Source: a virus (lineage: Duplodnaviria; Caudoviricetes). From it: a DNA stretch of 64,000 bases. Within the stretch, counting starts at the first letter, position 1. Every line of letters starts with the position of its first letter. Below are positions 21,278 through 33,673 of this stretch, piece by piece. Location: the IMG/VR virus record IMGVR_UViG_3300027278_000001, positions 20,058 to 84,057 of that record; one strand, 5' to 3'. The notes beneath the pieces are model-generated. The model saw nothing but the letters and a program-made list of their open reading frames with translations, searched no databases and was not told the origin of the DNA. The position numbers and the translations under genes are program-made.

Positions 21278-21393
21278 TCGGTCTAGGCAGAGAAATTCTG
21301 TATGGCTGGGCTAAGGGAGAATCTGTCCAGAATTTGTTCACCAAGCGAATAGAGTAATACTAGATAGTAATAAATACATAGGAGATTAGAAGA

Positions 21394-22726
21394 ATGAGTA
21401 GCTGGGATTATCAAACAGAATACACCAAATTACTTTCCAAACTGGAAGGTCACACTGGGGATTGGATCAGCGTAGAAACACAAAACCCTCCCACAGAGGG
21501 TACACCTGTTTATTTCATGTGCGGTGTTGACTACAAAGGTGAAGCTCTTTATGATGTTGGTTATTGGGCTGATTACACAAATACACATTGGTATCAGCTC
21601 TGTCTAGAATCTGGTGAAAATGCAATTGCTGGTGAATGGGATACTGAGTTTGGCAATTGTGAAGTTACTACAGCTTGGAAGTTTGTGGAGTATAAGAAAT
21701 GATCACACAACTAAATATGCACACAACTGTAGCAGGAGAATTACCTAAGCTTATCCAACAAAACAAAGCTCAAACATTTATTCCTTATGCTGATGTATTG
21801 AAGCTTAAAGACGAATTGGTTGCAGCTTACGAGCGTGAAGGACATACGGTCTATCAGAATGCTTGTTGGGTATCTTTCCTATTGACAAAGGCGGGTTTGA
21901 AATGATCAAACACAACGGAGAATACTACACTTGGGAAATGGTGTACAAAATCTCAGGACTCTCTGGTGAAGATTTTCTACATGATAGTGTAGGCAGTTGG
22001 GAACATTTCATTCATTGTCTTGAGAAATGGGAGGATAAATCATGATCGTATCAGAACTAATCGAAACCTTGCAGAATATGCCGCAGGATGCTAGAGTCAT
22101 GTCACTTGATGACAGCTATTACATGAGTTATGCTGAAGTGAATGCTGTTAAGCAAGAAAACGTAGGTTGGGATGCCGTGAATAATGAACCAATTGTTGAG
22201 GTGTATATTCTATGACTAAAATCCCTTACGGAAGTCCGGGTAATATTCCACCAGTTGAAGGCGTGATTTCATCACAATGTAAAGCAGATGAGTTTGAGAA
22301 CTACATACGTGAGTTTGGTGTAGTAAATGCTTGTGAGTGGTTTAATCATAGTTATGATAGTGAATTTACTAAGGAGACTATTGAACTGCTGCTTGAGCGT
22401 AGTGGTCTGGAATATTCTTATCACTGAGGCTTGACACACCAACACAGATGCCCTAGACTATCCTTTCATTAACGAACGGAGCTTTACAGATGAACTACTA
22501 CACAGCAGACATGAGTGATGACGAGTTTGAGGCTAACCGTAAGAGGGCTTATGAATTTTATGAATACTACGTCTATGGTTCTGGTTGTGCTCCAAGCTTC
22601 TCCAGTGGAATTTGTGAGTCTGTGACAGCAGGCTATGGACGACTTGACTACTACGGCTACTGGGAGTATCCTCTAATTGTTGATCAAGAAACCTTGAGAA
22701 TTATCCCACTGGAGTCAAAGCCTTGA
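21394..22726 (+). CDS. cluster of small hypothetical proteins (21394-21702, 21699-21905, 22212-22427, 22490-22726 and others)
   Basis: Co-oriented packed ORFs with SD sequences. Confidence 0.55.
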
Positions 22727-23222
22727 ACTTATTCGCCACCAGCCAATGCCCTGTACAGTCTGCAAAAGAACATTGCAACGTACATAACGTGAAAATGATT
22801 TTGGAAGTGGCACAGATGCTCAGTACAGCTCATTTCGTTTTAGATGGTGTTCAGGTTGGTTATAAGCCTACCCATAAAAATCATCCGTGCAGCGTTTTCG
22901 TCCGTAGCACAAGCGAAAACTACAAATGGCGTATGAGCATCTACAAGCTTTGCTATCTGAATACACATTCAGAACAGGCAAAGTGCATAAGTCGTCTGAA
23001 TTGCTTATTTCCTTAGCAAAACAGCCCTCTAAAATCGAGATTGGCGAGAGGACGGGCTTTGCTATGACTATGCCTGAATCCTTTCAAAGACTGGGCATTT
23101 TTGACCAGACAAAAGCGTACCAAAGTTACTTGCGTTCCAAGTTCACCGAGTGGCAACAGCGTGAAAAGCCAATTAAAGTGTGCTGGGGCTTGCGTGGTTC
23201 TCCAGATTGGTATAAAGTGTAG
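22723..23222 (+). pseudogene. pyrimidine-dimer DNA glycosylase (DenV-like) family gene split by a 1-nt frameshift near 22928
   Basis: MNLF...HCNVHNVKMILEVAQMLSTAH...YKPTHKNHP...ENYKW continues as AYEHLQALLSEYTFRTGKVHK in the -1 frame. Confidence 0.7.
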
Positions 23223-23249
23223 TTGTTGATTAATCACTAGGAGAATAAA

Positions 23250-26200
23250 ATGAATTTTAAAGAGTTGCTTGACTATCCTGTTGAAAGTGTAGATAACGAT
23301 GCTTATGTTCTCGTTGGTTTCTATTACAACCATCTGCAAGGTATGGACGATCTGTATAGTCTCGATGATTCTTTTAAAGCACAGGACAGAATCTCAATCC
23401 ATTACCTAAAAGACTTTTGCTTTGATGGTCGTAGGGTTTGGCGTCTTTACTATGTAAAATTTGATGGTCAGCTGGTAATGATTTGCAAGAATGCAGGACG
23501 TGATGGGGATGACCATCACGGTAATAAAATCTTCAATACAGAAGCATATTCTGCAATGATCCGTTATATTAAAAGTTTTGAAACTGTTGATGATTGTGAT
23601 CAAATGGCTGCAACTTTAGAAGATGATGCCTCTGAGTTTGTAAGCTTCTACGGTAACAGTCTTGGTAGTTATTTTGAAAGATACTAGGATATGACTAAAT
23701 GAACCGTACAATCGAAGCAATCCAAAAAGATATATCCAACGACTTTGCTTTATCTGACTTGCTTTCTGAGCGGATTAAAGCCAACATTCAATCTGTTGCA
23801 GATGAAGTGCTGATTAAATATCCCTATCACAAGGATGCAATTGATAGTATTAAGCTGGGAGCTGCTGAAGCTTGGGTGAGTAGGTTGTGTGGGATGCTCA
23901 CTACAAAAGACAGGGATTATTTGTTGCAGCTTTTACAAAATATTGGTTGACAGCAGACGATATGCTGTCTATGATCGTACACAGGGTACAAACACATTAA
24001 CGAAATGTTGGAGGAAATAGAGATGCACAATCCAGACAAAGAATTTGCCGAATTTCTTATGTGGATAGTCGTGGTTGGTGGTATTGCGCTTAATATCTTT
24101 GTTGACCGCAATGTATACCCACGAGAAATTATTAAAGCTCAAGAACTTTGCAAAGAAGCAAATGCAGAACTTAAAGAGTTTAATGTAGGGAGCCTCTATA
24201 TAGATGTTCTGTGCAGCAATGGTGCCAAATTTAGATTTGATGCTCAACAAGTACCAGACTCAGAGAAGGAAATCTAAATGCACCAGTCCACATACGAATC
24301 ATGGACAGCTCTTAACAAGCAAATGTCCAAGGAAAAACCACTACAATTCGCTGTTTCGTTTGATAGTGATGAAAAGGTATGGACTTATAGTCGGCCAGCT
24401 GTTTATGTGTCAATTTAATAAGACTTTATAGAGGAGAAATATTATGGTAGTTCTTTCTGTCTGTTTGTGGATAGGTGCATTTTGCATTGTAATGTTCATT
24501 AAGAACGAGTTTACTTATAAGATTCAAATTGGTTGGGTTAATGATGTTTACAACAATCAAGTTAACGGAGATGGCACACTTGATTACTCAGATATTCCAA
24601 CATATATGTCTACCCTGTTTAATCCGTTTCTTTGGAGACATAAACCACTTAGTGAAGTTTTAAGTAAAGGCTCAAAATAGAAAATCTATCAGCCCCAGAC
24701 GATCAATAGAAATTATTGCATTGTGCTGGGGCTTCTTTATGCCTATAATTTGACGTAACAGAAAACGAAAGAGGGTTTTACAATGAGTCGTTACTTCATG
24801 GTACAGAGTTGGGTGGGTTCACATGAAAATGAACCTGACTACAATGGAAATCAATGTGGCCAGCGCAATGTACGTTCGTCTGAAGTTGTCCCGTTGTATG
24901 ATCAATACGGAAATGCAAATATTAAAGCGTTCAGCGATGAAGCTTTGTTAGCAAAGAAGAAATCACAAACTAAGAAAACCAGCGCGTTCGATAGCATCAT
25001 GCTCGCTGATCGTAACTACTCACGTCTTTGTGGCTTATCTGAACAGTTAGATGCCGAACTTGACCAAGGCTTAATAGACTTAGAAAGCTGGGCAGCAGCT
25101 AGAAAGAACATTGACCAGAGACTTGCTAAAGCATGGGCAAGAGTGCAGCGTGAACGGGGTTGGGAGGGCCAAGAAGAGCTTTTAGCGCTTGAGCAATACC
25201 CTAGCCAGCCTTTAGACTTTACGCTTGATATAGGGCATTCTAGGGCGCTTAGAATCAATGCTAATCCAATAGACTACAGTGTTTTACCACAAGATAGCCT
25301 GTTCAACAGCTTGAGTGATGAAAATTTATTTAAAATTAGCTACACAAAGCTGTTGACAGCTGTGAAATGGATGGCTAAGATAGCTGCAACCGGTAAGAAA
25401 ATTCTAGAGGAGGGTTTGGTATGAATTTTGAAATGGGTTATATTGTAGGCTTTGGTAGCATGATAGGTTTATTGCTGATTTTAACTTTTCAAGAACCAAC
25501 AAAAGAACAAATCGGCTACACATATCAGCAGCTTAAAGAAATGAAAGCAGAATGTGAAAAGGATTTGCCACGATCTACAGAATGCAGTATTGTTGTTTAC
25601 TATCTGCCGCAGGCTGAATTGGAGAAGACAGAATGATCAACATTTGGGATTTGAAGCCTGGGGACTTATTTAAAGTGGAAGGTTCCGATGTGATCCTCGA
25701 ATATGTTAAAATTGATGGTATGTATTCTCAGGCGCTTACACGAGATGGTCAAATGACTTTGATTGGTTTGTGTCGTGTAGAGTTGGTTCAAGGTAAATAA
25801 CCGAGGGGTAATGATTATGAAAATTGGTGATCATGTAACAATTTCAGCCAAGTATAGCACATTCGATAAGATGACCGGAGTCATTACTGACATTGTAGAA
25901 GGGACACCTTTGCCTTTTACAGTGAAGTTTGACAATCCAGAAGATGACGAAGAAATGTATTTTAGCGAAGAGGAGTTGAATAAATGAATATCAAACAGGC
26001 AATTATTAAAACCAATGATGTGTTGGTTTACATTCTGTTAACCCTAGTTGTCATTACAGCAGCTTTGGTTGCTATTAGCGGTCAGCCTATTTATGGAACT
26101 ATTGTTCTATTGGTTGGGTTTGTTATTGTCAGCGTTCTTTCTGGTTTTTGGATTGCTGTTAGTCAGATAGCAGACTCCGCACAACGTAGCGCAATCCTGC

Positions 26201-27642
26201 AAGAACAGCATCTAGAGGCGATTAAGAAATTTAATCGAAGCCTTGAAGCTCATAGAGAATTACAATTTCCACATGAATGAGTTTGTGCTATTCTTTAAAC
26301 ATTGAAGACAAACACAGAGGGCTTAGAAACATGGACAAAGTAAGAGCTTTAATCATTCGTGCATGTAAAAGCAACAACACAGAGCGCAGATTAGAAAGGA
26401 TTTACAAATCTGTTTATTACGGACAGTTTGATGAGCGACACTTGCTTATAATCCTAGCCAATATCGTAGGAGATTATCAACTCATTCGTCCTGTCAATCT
26501 TATCATGGAGCTGAACCCGCAACAGGCATGGAAATATGGCGGCAAAGAGTCAAATTCTTATGAAAAGAATGCTTGCATGTGCCTTCAGAGTGTTATACGA
26601 TTAACAGAAGTTAGCAAGCTGCCTGATTATCCAGTGCCGGCTAAATTCAGAAAGGACTAAAACCATGTTCACACAGACAAGCTTCAATAATCCTAAATTC
26701 GCTAAGCGTATCAAACGTGGCTTGTGGCTTGCTAAGCTTCAAAGCATGAAGACTGGCAAACGCTCTACAGAATATGTAAAGAATCGCAAAGGAAGTGCCT
26801 GTATTCGTATAGACGTGTATTCTGATGGTAGTATGGCTGCTTATGCTTCGGGAATGGGTAGCAAAGATATATCGAAAATGATTTTGAAAGCACTTGACAA
26901 CTAAAACACAAACAACTAAGCTTTACACAACACAAACAGCCTAGGAGGCTAGAAAATGAAAGCAATGAAAATGCAATCGAATGTACAAGCTAACACCATG
27001 AATGCTTGGGAGTATGAAGCCGAAAAACGCCAGCAAAAGAAAGCAAATAAAAGCTTGCGGGACATGAAGAAAGGTCGTAAGATGCAATGGCAAATCGAAG
27101 CTTAAACGACATAGTCTTACAATGTGTCGCAATTCCTTAGAATTTAGAATATAAAGAGATTACACAAAATGCTCAATCAATTCAGCCTTGACCAACTGGC
27201 ACACAAAGCAGATTGCGAAGGTAATCTATTAGCCTTGGTCATTCTTGATAAACTCGATGATGAAATTCAGGAAGCTGTAGAACAGGCAACAGAAAAGAAT
27301 GATGCAGATTATTATTATGAAATTTTCGATGCTGTAAATGCTGAAGAGTTTTTGATTAGTGCAGAATGGTATAAACTAGACGACATAAAGCAGACAAAAG
27401 ACAGAATCATTTACATGGTGCAAGGATTGCACGAAGACACAAGTTGTTATAACAATCAAGTAAAGCTTTGGAAATATAAAGGTTCGGATTGTTGGCATCT
27501 TGAAGTAAACGCTGGGCAGTATGGCGAACAGCAGGACAAAGACAAGTTTGCAGCCAAAGGGTTTAAAGAGGCACAAGAATTAGCCACTAAAAAGCTTGTG
27601 TATTGGATAAAGAAGGGTTTGGAGTTGAATGTAAGCAATTAA
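23250..27642 (+). CDS. cluster of hypothetical early/middle proteins (23250-23687, 23699-23950, 24005-24277, 24444-24680, 24783-25424, 25421-25636, 25984-26280, 26277-26660, 26665-26904, 26956-27105, 27169-27642)
   Basis: Co-oriented ORFs with SD sites; several with N-terminal transmembrane segments; 26956-27105 is a 49-aa basic ORF missing from the track. Confidence 0.55.
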
Positions 27643-27652
27643 TAGAATCTAT

Positions 27653-27705
27653 AAGGCACTGGCTAAGGTATTGAAAAATACTATTGGTCAGTGCCTTTTG
27701 TTTTG
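27653..27705 (+). terminator. intrinsic terminator overlapping the next promoter
   Basis: AAGGCACTG/CAGTGCCTT stem plus TTTGTTTT, immediately followed by TAGAAT. Confidence 0.65.
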
Positions 27706-27748
27706 ACTAGAATAACCCCATCGAAACGAAACAACAGGAAGCAAGACA

Positions 27749-30700
27749 ATGAAACGCGAAGAATTCTTGATCACCAGTACAGAAGGTCATAGCACTGTTA
27801 AATACAAATGGAATTCAGCACGCAAAGAAGTGCAGCGTCTTATGCAGGAATTCGTCAATAAAGAGGGCGAAAGGGAATTACTATCGTTTCTTGAGTACGA
27901 ATTGACAGAGAACAAAAGCGAGAAACAAGGTTTTCATTTTGTGTCTGGCGTTATGGGTTGGAAAGAGAAAACGAGCGGGAAAGAAATTTCCTTTTTCATC
28001 ACAAAAATTGCTTGATAAGCTGAAGCGCTAGGTCTAGAATCTAGCCATACAAAAACGAAAGAGGCTTTATTATGAAAACACCAGACATTACATACAAAGA
28101 TCACGGACTGTTTACAGCTTTCTACGCAGAAACAAAAGAAGGCGAAAACGCATGGCGTGAACTGGCAAGCCTAACAGATGGCACGGGTAAAGTATTGACA
28201 ATTCAAGCTAAGCAATTTATTGCAAGCCTTCGCAAAGCTGGCTATGTAGTGCAGAAAGCTAAAGAATCAAAGCAAAGTCTAGACGACATTTTTGCAGAAT
28301 TGAGTGAATAAAAGCTTGCAGCGCCTCGAAAGGGGCGCTATTATGTACGCAACAAACAACAAATTAGGGATAAAATCATGGATTATTACGAAAGCGCAGA
28401 AGGCTACACAATCAGCAAAGAACGTGCAAAACAAGAAATTGCAAAGCATGGTTCTAACTGGCTTGAGTTTATCGCTGATATAGGTGATGATGAGAGCTAT
28501 GATGCTCAAGCTGTGCTGGCTTGGTTAGGGTATTGATTATGGCTGATTTTATCATCGAAAATGCCATACAGGCTGTAATCTGGCCACTACTTAAGCAGAT
28601 AGCAGCAAACCGGAAGATTAAAAATAAAGCAAAATAGTAGTTGACACAGCATCCAAAACTGCTAGAATTACCAACAGAAGCGCTTTACACAAACAGGCGT
28701 TTCGATTAAGATTCTTTCCAACGAACAAAACCCCTAATACAGGTGACGTATGCAAGCCATTAAATTTGACCTTCGCAAACTGAATAACGAACAAATCCGC
28801 AGTCTTTCTGCTACCCTTGAAATTAAAGCAGCAAAGCGCAATGGTTATACTTGGTTCCGTGAGTCAATCAACGGGCGCTGGTCTAATGATCGTTTCTTGT
28901 ATGTGTCCGGCAATGCTATCGCATACGGCAATTACCCTTTCAAGTTTGAGCGTGTAGAGTTTGAAGATAAGACAGAACAATTTAAGGCAATTTGGAAATA
29001 ACTGACATGGAAACGACATACATAGAGTTCTCAAGTTCACAAACACTTTATAGCGTGTTTAATGTGTTAAAGGCTTATGGATTGGCTGGCAAAACACCTT
29101 TATCAGACGCCAAATTTATGTCGGTTTGTGGTGTGACCGGTCAAATAAACACCAGTAATTCAGATAAGATTATTTTAAGAGGGCATGAGAATTTTATTTA
29201 TTTTCTTGACAAGCCTAGTGCTATGGGCGAGAATAGCTACAACGAAAGGCAAACAGCATTGGAGCTAGAGAGATGATCACTCGACAAGAATACGAAAAAG
29301 CATGTAACGAATTTAAAGCTAATCGTGCCAGTTTGAGTGTATCTGACTTTGACACAGCAAAAGCTAAGCTTAACAAAATGTTTAAGGATATGCAGATTGC
29401 TGAAGCTGTTCAGTCATTCAAAGCAGGCGATAAGATCGAATCTCAAACATTCCTTTGGCTGTGCAAAGTCTACAACGTAGAAATAAACGAAAGTTTTAAT
29501 GATCTTATGCAAAATAGTGTTGTATCTGTTAGCACAAGCGGTTATGATAGCTACAAGATCAGCAAGCAACAATTCAAACAGCTGCAAGCATTCATCATTA
29601 AACTATTGGAGGCGATACAATGAAATCCTTTTCTGAAGCACTGGCTGAATTACCTTTCGAGCGTCAGTCTGAAATTGAAAATATACTGCTAAGGATGGTA
29701 AACGATCAAAAGAACGGTGATCAACTCTATAAGGAATTGATCCGCGAAGGTAAGATTCTAGAAACAAAACGATTCACATATAACGGCGACTATTACCGCC
29801 AGGACGACATTCTACATGATGGCAGTGTCTATGTGGTTGAGATGCGGAATGGTAGCCTGAAAAGAATTACAAAATAAAGCTTGCAGCCTTCGGGCTGCTT
29901 TGCTATTCTAGACACATACCAACCAAACAGAGATACCAGCCATGTTCGATTTTCGTAGCCATTACGCCCTAGTAAAGTCCGTTATGCAAACCAAGGCTAA
30001 AGAAGAGCACAAGCCAAGTCTAGACAATAAGGCAAGCATGGCAGCTTATGCCAAAGCTACTGGTAACACTGGTAAGGCTAAATTCATCGGCATGGATGAT
30101 GAGCTGGCTTGCTATCAACTCGACTTCACTTTGTAAGGCATACCATCATGATCTTTTATCGTTGGCAATTAGTTGTTCTAGGCATCTGCTTTGCTATGCT
30201 CTTATGCCTAGTCGGCTCTTATGACTATGAAGCGGAGCTTGCTTCGCAATCTCTTTATTGCGATATGACAACTGAGGGAAGCTGGCCAGCTTATGATAGT
30301 GCTATTGATTGCAGCTATTAGGATGATGCAGAGCTATAGAAAATGGCAATTGTACAGCTTATCCTGATCCTGTAGAATGACTACATCGAAAGCAAACAAG
30401 TAAACAGGAATACAAGCCATGAAATTCGATCAAAAGAAAAACTTTCGCATTGTCTGGAATCAATTCAAAGCAGACGCTTTTATCAACACACCTAAAAACA
30501 TTACAAAGGAATATGCTTTTATCCTGCAAGTGAATTATGTTCTCGCCCGTGCCTTCAAGGCTTCAATAGAAGTAAGCGACCGGTATGCCATTGAAAAGGC
30601 ACTCACTGACATGGACAATAAAGGCATTAAGCTTACCTTTGCTGGTCTTATGATGCACAAGACAATTTTCGAGTAAACTATGAAAACAGTAGAAAAATGG

Positions 30701-33514
30701 TTAGAGCAAAGTCCTTTGCCGGTAGTTGCTAGAATAGTGGACAGCGCGGACGACGTTCGGATGATAGCACTAAGCGCCGCAGTATATAGTAAAGGCACTT
30801 TATTAGTGATCCCTATAGAAACATTAGAACAATTGGTAAACTCTATCCGAAAGGCATAAAGCCATAGAATCTTTCAATTGTACAGCTTGCCAGATAGGCG
30901 TATGCTTAAGCCATACAAACAAACAACAGGAATAAAAACTATGGAAAAGCAAAACATTCTTACCCTTTGCCGTATGATCCAGCATTGCCACAACAAGAAC
31001 AATTCTTTAGCAGTTCGCCAATGGACAGCAGTCTGTGGCAAGCGTGCTTTACTGACGTGGACTACCCTTCGCATTATCTAAAATAAAAGCTTTACAAGCC
31101 CTCGAAAGAGGGCTATTATTCAACCATACAAACCCAAACAGTGAGGCAGCATCATGAAAAAGCCATTTTCTTTTGAATGTATCAATTGCCATCAAGTAGT
31201 CACTGAGAAATTTAGCCCCATCATGCTTGAGATGGTTAAACAATCCGGCGCTTGCTGTGATGCTTGCTGCAATGGTGCCGAAGCATACTATGCCAGCCCA
31301 GTTTATCAGGCGTTTGAAGAGGCAGAAAATAGTTCCGATTGTTATGCATAAAGGGCTTTACAAGCTCAGCCAATACGCTACAATGAACACAAGCCAAGGG
31401 GAATAAGCCCCAAGGCACTTAAGCAAAGGAAATCACCATGTCAAACTTCAATATCAACAACGTCACTTTCTTTCGTGGTCACACTGTTACCAACGGTCAA
31501 GTAGACATCAGTGAGTCTGAATACGCAGACTACATTGACGAAATTTATCCGACTGTCGAAGTAGCAGGCTTGACTTTTGATGCTAGTCGCATCATCCAAG
31601 AATGTGATCCTACAGCATTCCGTTGTGGCTTGGGTGACTATGAATCAGAAATTCAAAGCGAGCTTGAAGATGCCATCGAGAATGAAGACGAAAGCGATAT
31701 TGATTGGGAAGATGGTAAAAGCCCTTATGAGCTGGACGCACTAGAAGACGAATAAATCAAAATAAAAGCTTGACCCATACGCTCACAATGCTAGAATGAT
31801 CACAAGCCCAAGCAATCAAGCAAGGGCTACCACTACCAAGGGATCACCATTATGCAAACCATTACCACTTCCTACGCTGGCCCAACCAATACCAAAGGCA
31901 GCCGTATCATGGTTAAAAGCTGGCTTAAGAATAAAGCTTTCGGCTGGGACTACTCGCTCAATAGCGAAGCTAACCACAAGGCAGCAGCCCAGCAGATGGT
32001 TGACGTGTTGAACGCTGATCGTATCAAGAATGGTCATGGTGATTATCAGTGGTCTATCGTTGCTAGTGGCTCGATGCCAGACGGCAAAGGCAACGCCTAC
32101 ATTATTGATTTGATCGAAGCAAAATAAATCAAATTCTCTTCAAAAGCCCTGGCATTAGCTGGGGCTTCTGTATTCTAAACCCATCGAAGCAAACAACCTC
32201 AAGCGGAGTAACTAGAATGTACACACTAATGACCCAAGAACACGCCACCAGCGCACAAGAATTCCGCACCATTGAGTCAGTAGCCTTTGCTCACTCCATG
32301 GGTGAAAACGGCGGATTCTATAAAGTGCAATTGATTGATGAAAACGGCGTTATCTTGACCGAATGGAAGGTATAAATCATGCAAACAGTAAAACTTAAAG
32401 GCATCGAAGGCGACTACCATATACAAGCTGAACATGGTGTGTTTCTCACCCTTCTTGCTATGCAGTGGCAGAACATCAACGGTGAATTATTCTACTTACC
32501 GACTAAAATCGGCTTTAAAGAATGGCAATCCCTAGGCGGTAGCCTATCCAGTGATGCCCCGGTACGGTATAGCTATGGCAATCTAACCTGCCATAAGAAT
32601 CAGATTGTTTAAGCCGACGAACGGTAGCAGATAAAGCTTTGCAGATACCACAGCTGTGTTATAGTGCGCACACGGAAACAGAAAACTCACTACCTCGGAG
32701 CAATGTAACATGACAAACACTACCAGCATCACCCGCCTCGTCACTGTTTTGATTCAACGCGCAGACGATACCAAAAATCAAGGTATCATCACTCAAGGCG
32801 AGCACGTTCTTTTTGTTGAGAACGTAATAGGCATTTACATGACGTATATGAACGGCAAGGATGATGCAGAAACAGCCCGCCAAGCAATGCACAAGCAAGC
32901 CATGCGCTTTGGCATTATCTAACATCACAACAGATTGAGGCTCATCCTATGTCATTCCAAACCAAAGCAGCTCAACAATTCTACTTTGATTTCTATTCTT
33001 ACTTGAAGACCCATGGCCAAAGCTTACCAGCCCATAAATACCTGAATTGTGAAAGCATGATCAGCCTTGAGGCTGTTGTTATAGACCAAGGTAGGCAGTC
33101 TGTAGATGAGGCGGTTACCAGTATTCACTATTATCTAACTCTTATCGGGGTATAACCAAAGGAGGCTTTTTGCCTCCTCTTTTATTCCAAAAAGATTTGC
33201 ACAAGCCTAACAAAAGCCGGTACAATCCTCACCATGGACAAGCAATTCAGCAAGTCCATACCAGCCCGGAGGCTACCATGGCAATTCACACCCCTATCAC
33301 CTTCGAAGTTAAAGCCTATAACGCCAAAGGCGTATGCATTGACTCCAAGGTCTACCACACTCCAAAGCTTAATGCCTTTGGTGGCCACTGGACTGTCTGC
33401 CAGCGTATGGCTATCACGCTTGGCAAGAACAAGAAAGTGAAAAGCATCCGCTACTTTATGGATGATGTTGAATACGTCTACAACTCAGACGAATGCGAAT
33501 TCGTAAAGGCGTAA
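27749..33514 (+). CDS. early/host-takeover-like region of about 20 tiny ORFs (27749-28015, 28072-28311, 28378-28536, 28750-29001, 28992-29276, 29273-29623, 29620-29877, 29942-30136, 30419-30676, 31154-31351, 31852-32127, 32379-32612, 32710-32922, 32949-33155 and others)
   Basis: Nearly every ORF or pair has its own promoter-like element and an A/C-rich leader; 28378-28536 (MDYYESAEGY...LAWLGY) is missing from the track. Confidence 0.6.
31438..31755 (+). CDS. highly acidic small protein (DNA-mimic candidate)
   Basis: 105 aa with 29 D/E and 4 K/R; EIYPTVEVAGLTFDASRIIQECDPTAFRCG core. Confidence 0.6.
   Translation: MSNFNINNVTFFRGHTVTNGQVDISESEYADYIDEIYPTVEVAGLTFDASRIIQECDPTAFRCGLGDYESEIQSELEDAIENEDESDIDWEDGKSPYELDALEDE
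33160..33184 (+). terminator. intrinsic terminator
   Basis: AGGAGGC-TTTTT-GCCTCCT followed by CTTTT. Confidence 0.7.
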
Positions 33515-33531
33515 ACCTTCGAGCTACAAAC

Positions 33532-33559
33532 AAGCCCGCCTTATGCGGGCTTTCTTTTG
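33532..33559 (+). terminator. intrinsic terminator closing the early block
   Basis: AAGCCCGC/GCGGGCTT stem followed by TTCTTTT. Confidence 0.85.
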
Positions 33560-33673
33560 TCTATCAGAAAACATTCTATTAACTAACATTATATTGAATT
33601 ATATAGTGTTATCTGTCGTCATTCTATTGTCACTACCCTCCTGCTAATACGTCAATTATCTGTCTATCAGGTA

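Larger units (their letters stand above)
28011..33225 (+). promoter_or_regulatory. array of at least 10 related sigma70-like promoters
   Basis: Examples: TTGATA-17-TAGAAT (~28012), TTGCAG-17-TATTAT (28316), TTGACA..TAGAAT (~28641), TTGACA-17-GAGAAT (~29207), TTGCAG-17-TATTCT (29881), TTGTAC-17-TAGAAT (~30349), TTGTAC-17-TATGCT (~30878), TTTACA-17-TATTAT (31091), TTTACA-16-TACAAT (~31337), TTGACC-16-TAGAAT (~31770). Confidence 0.7.
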
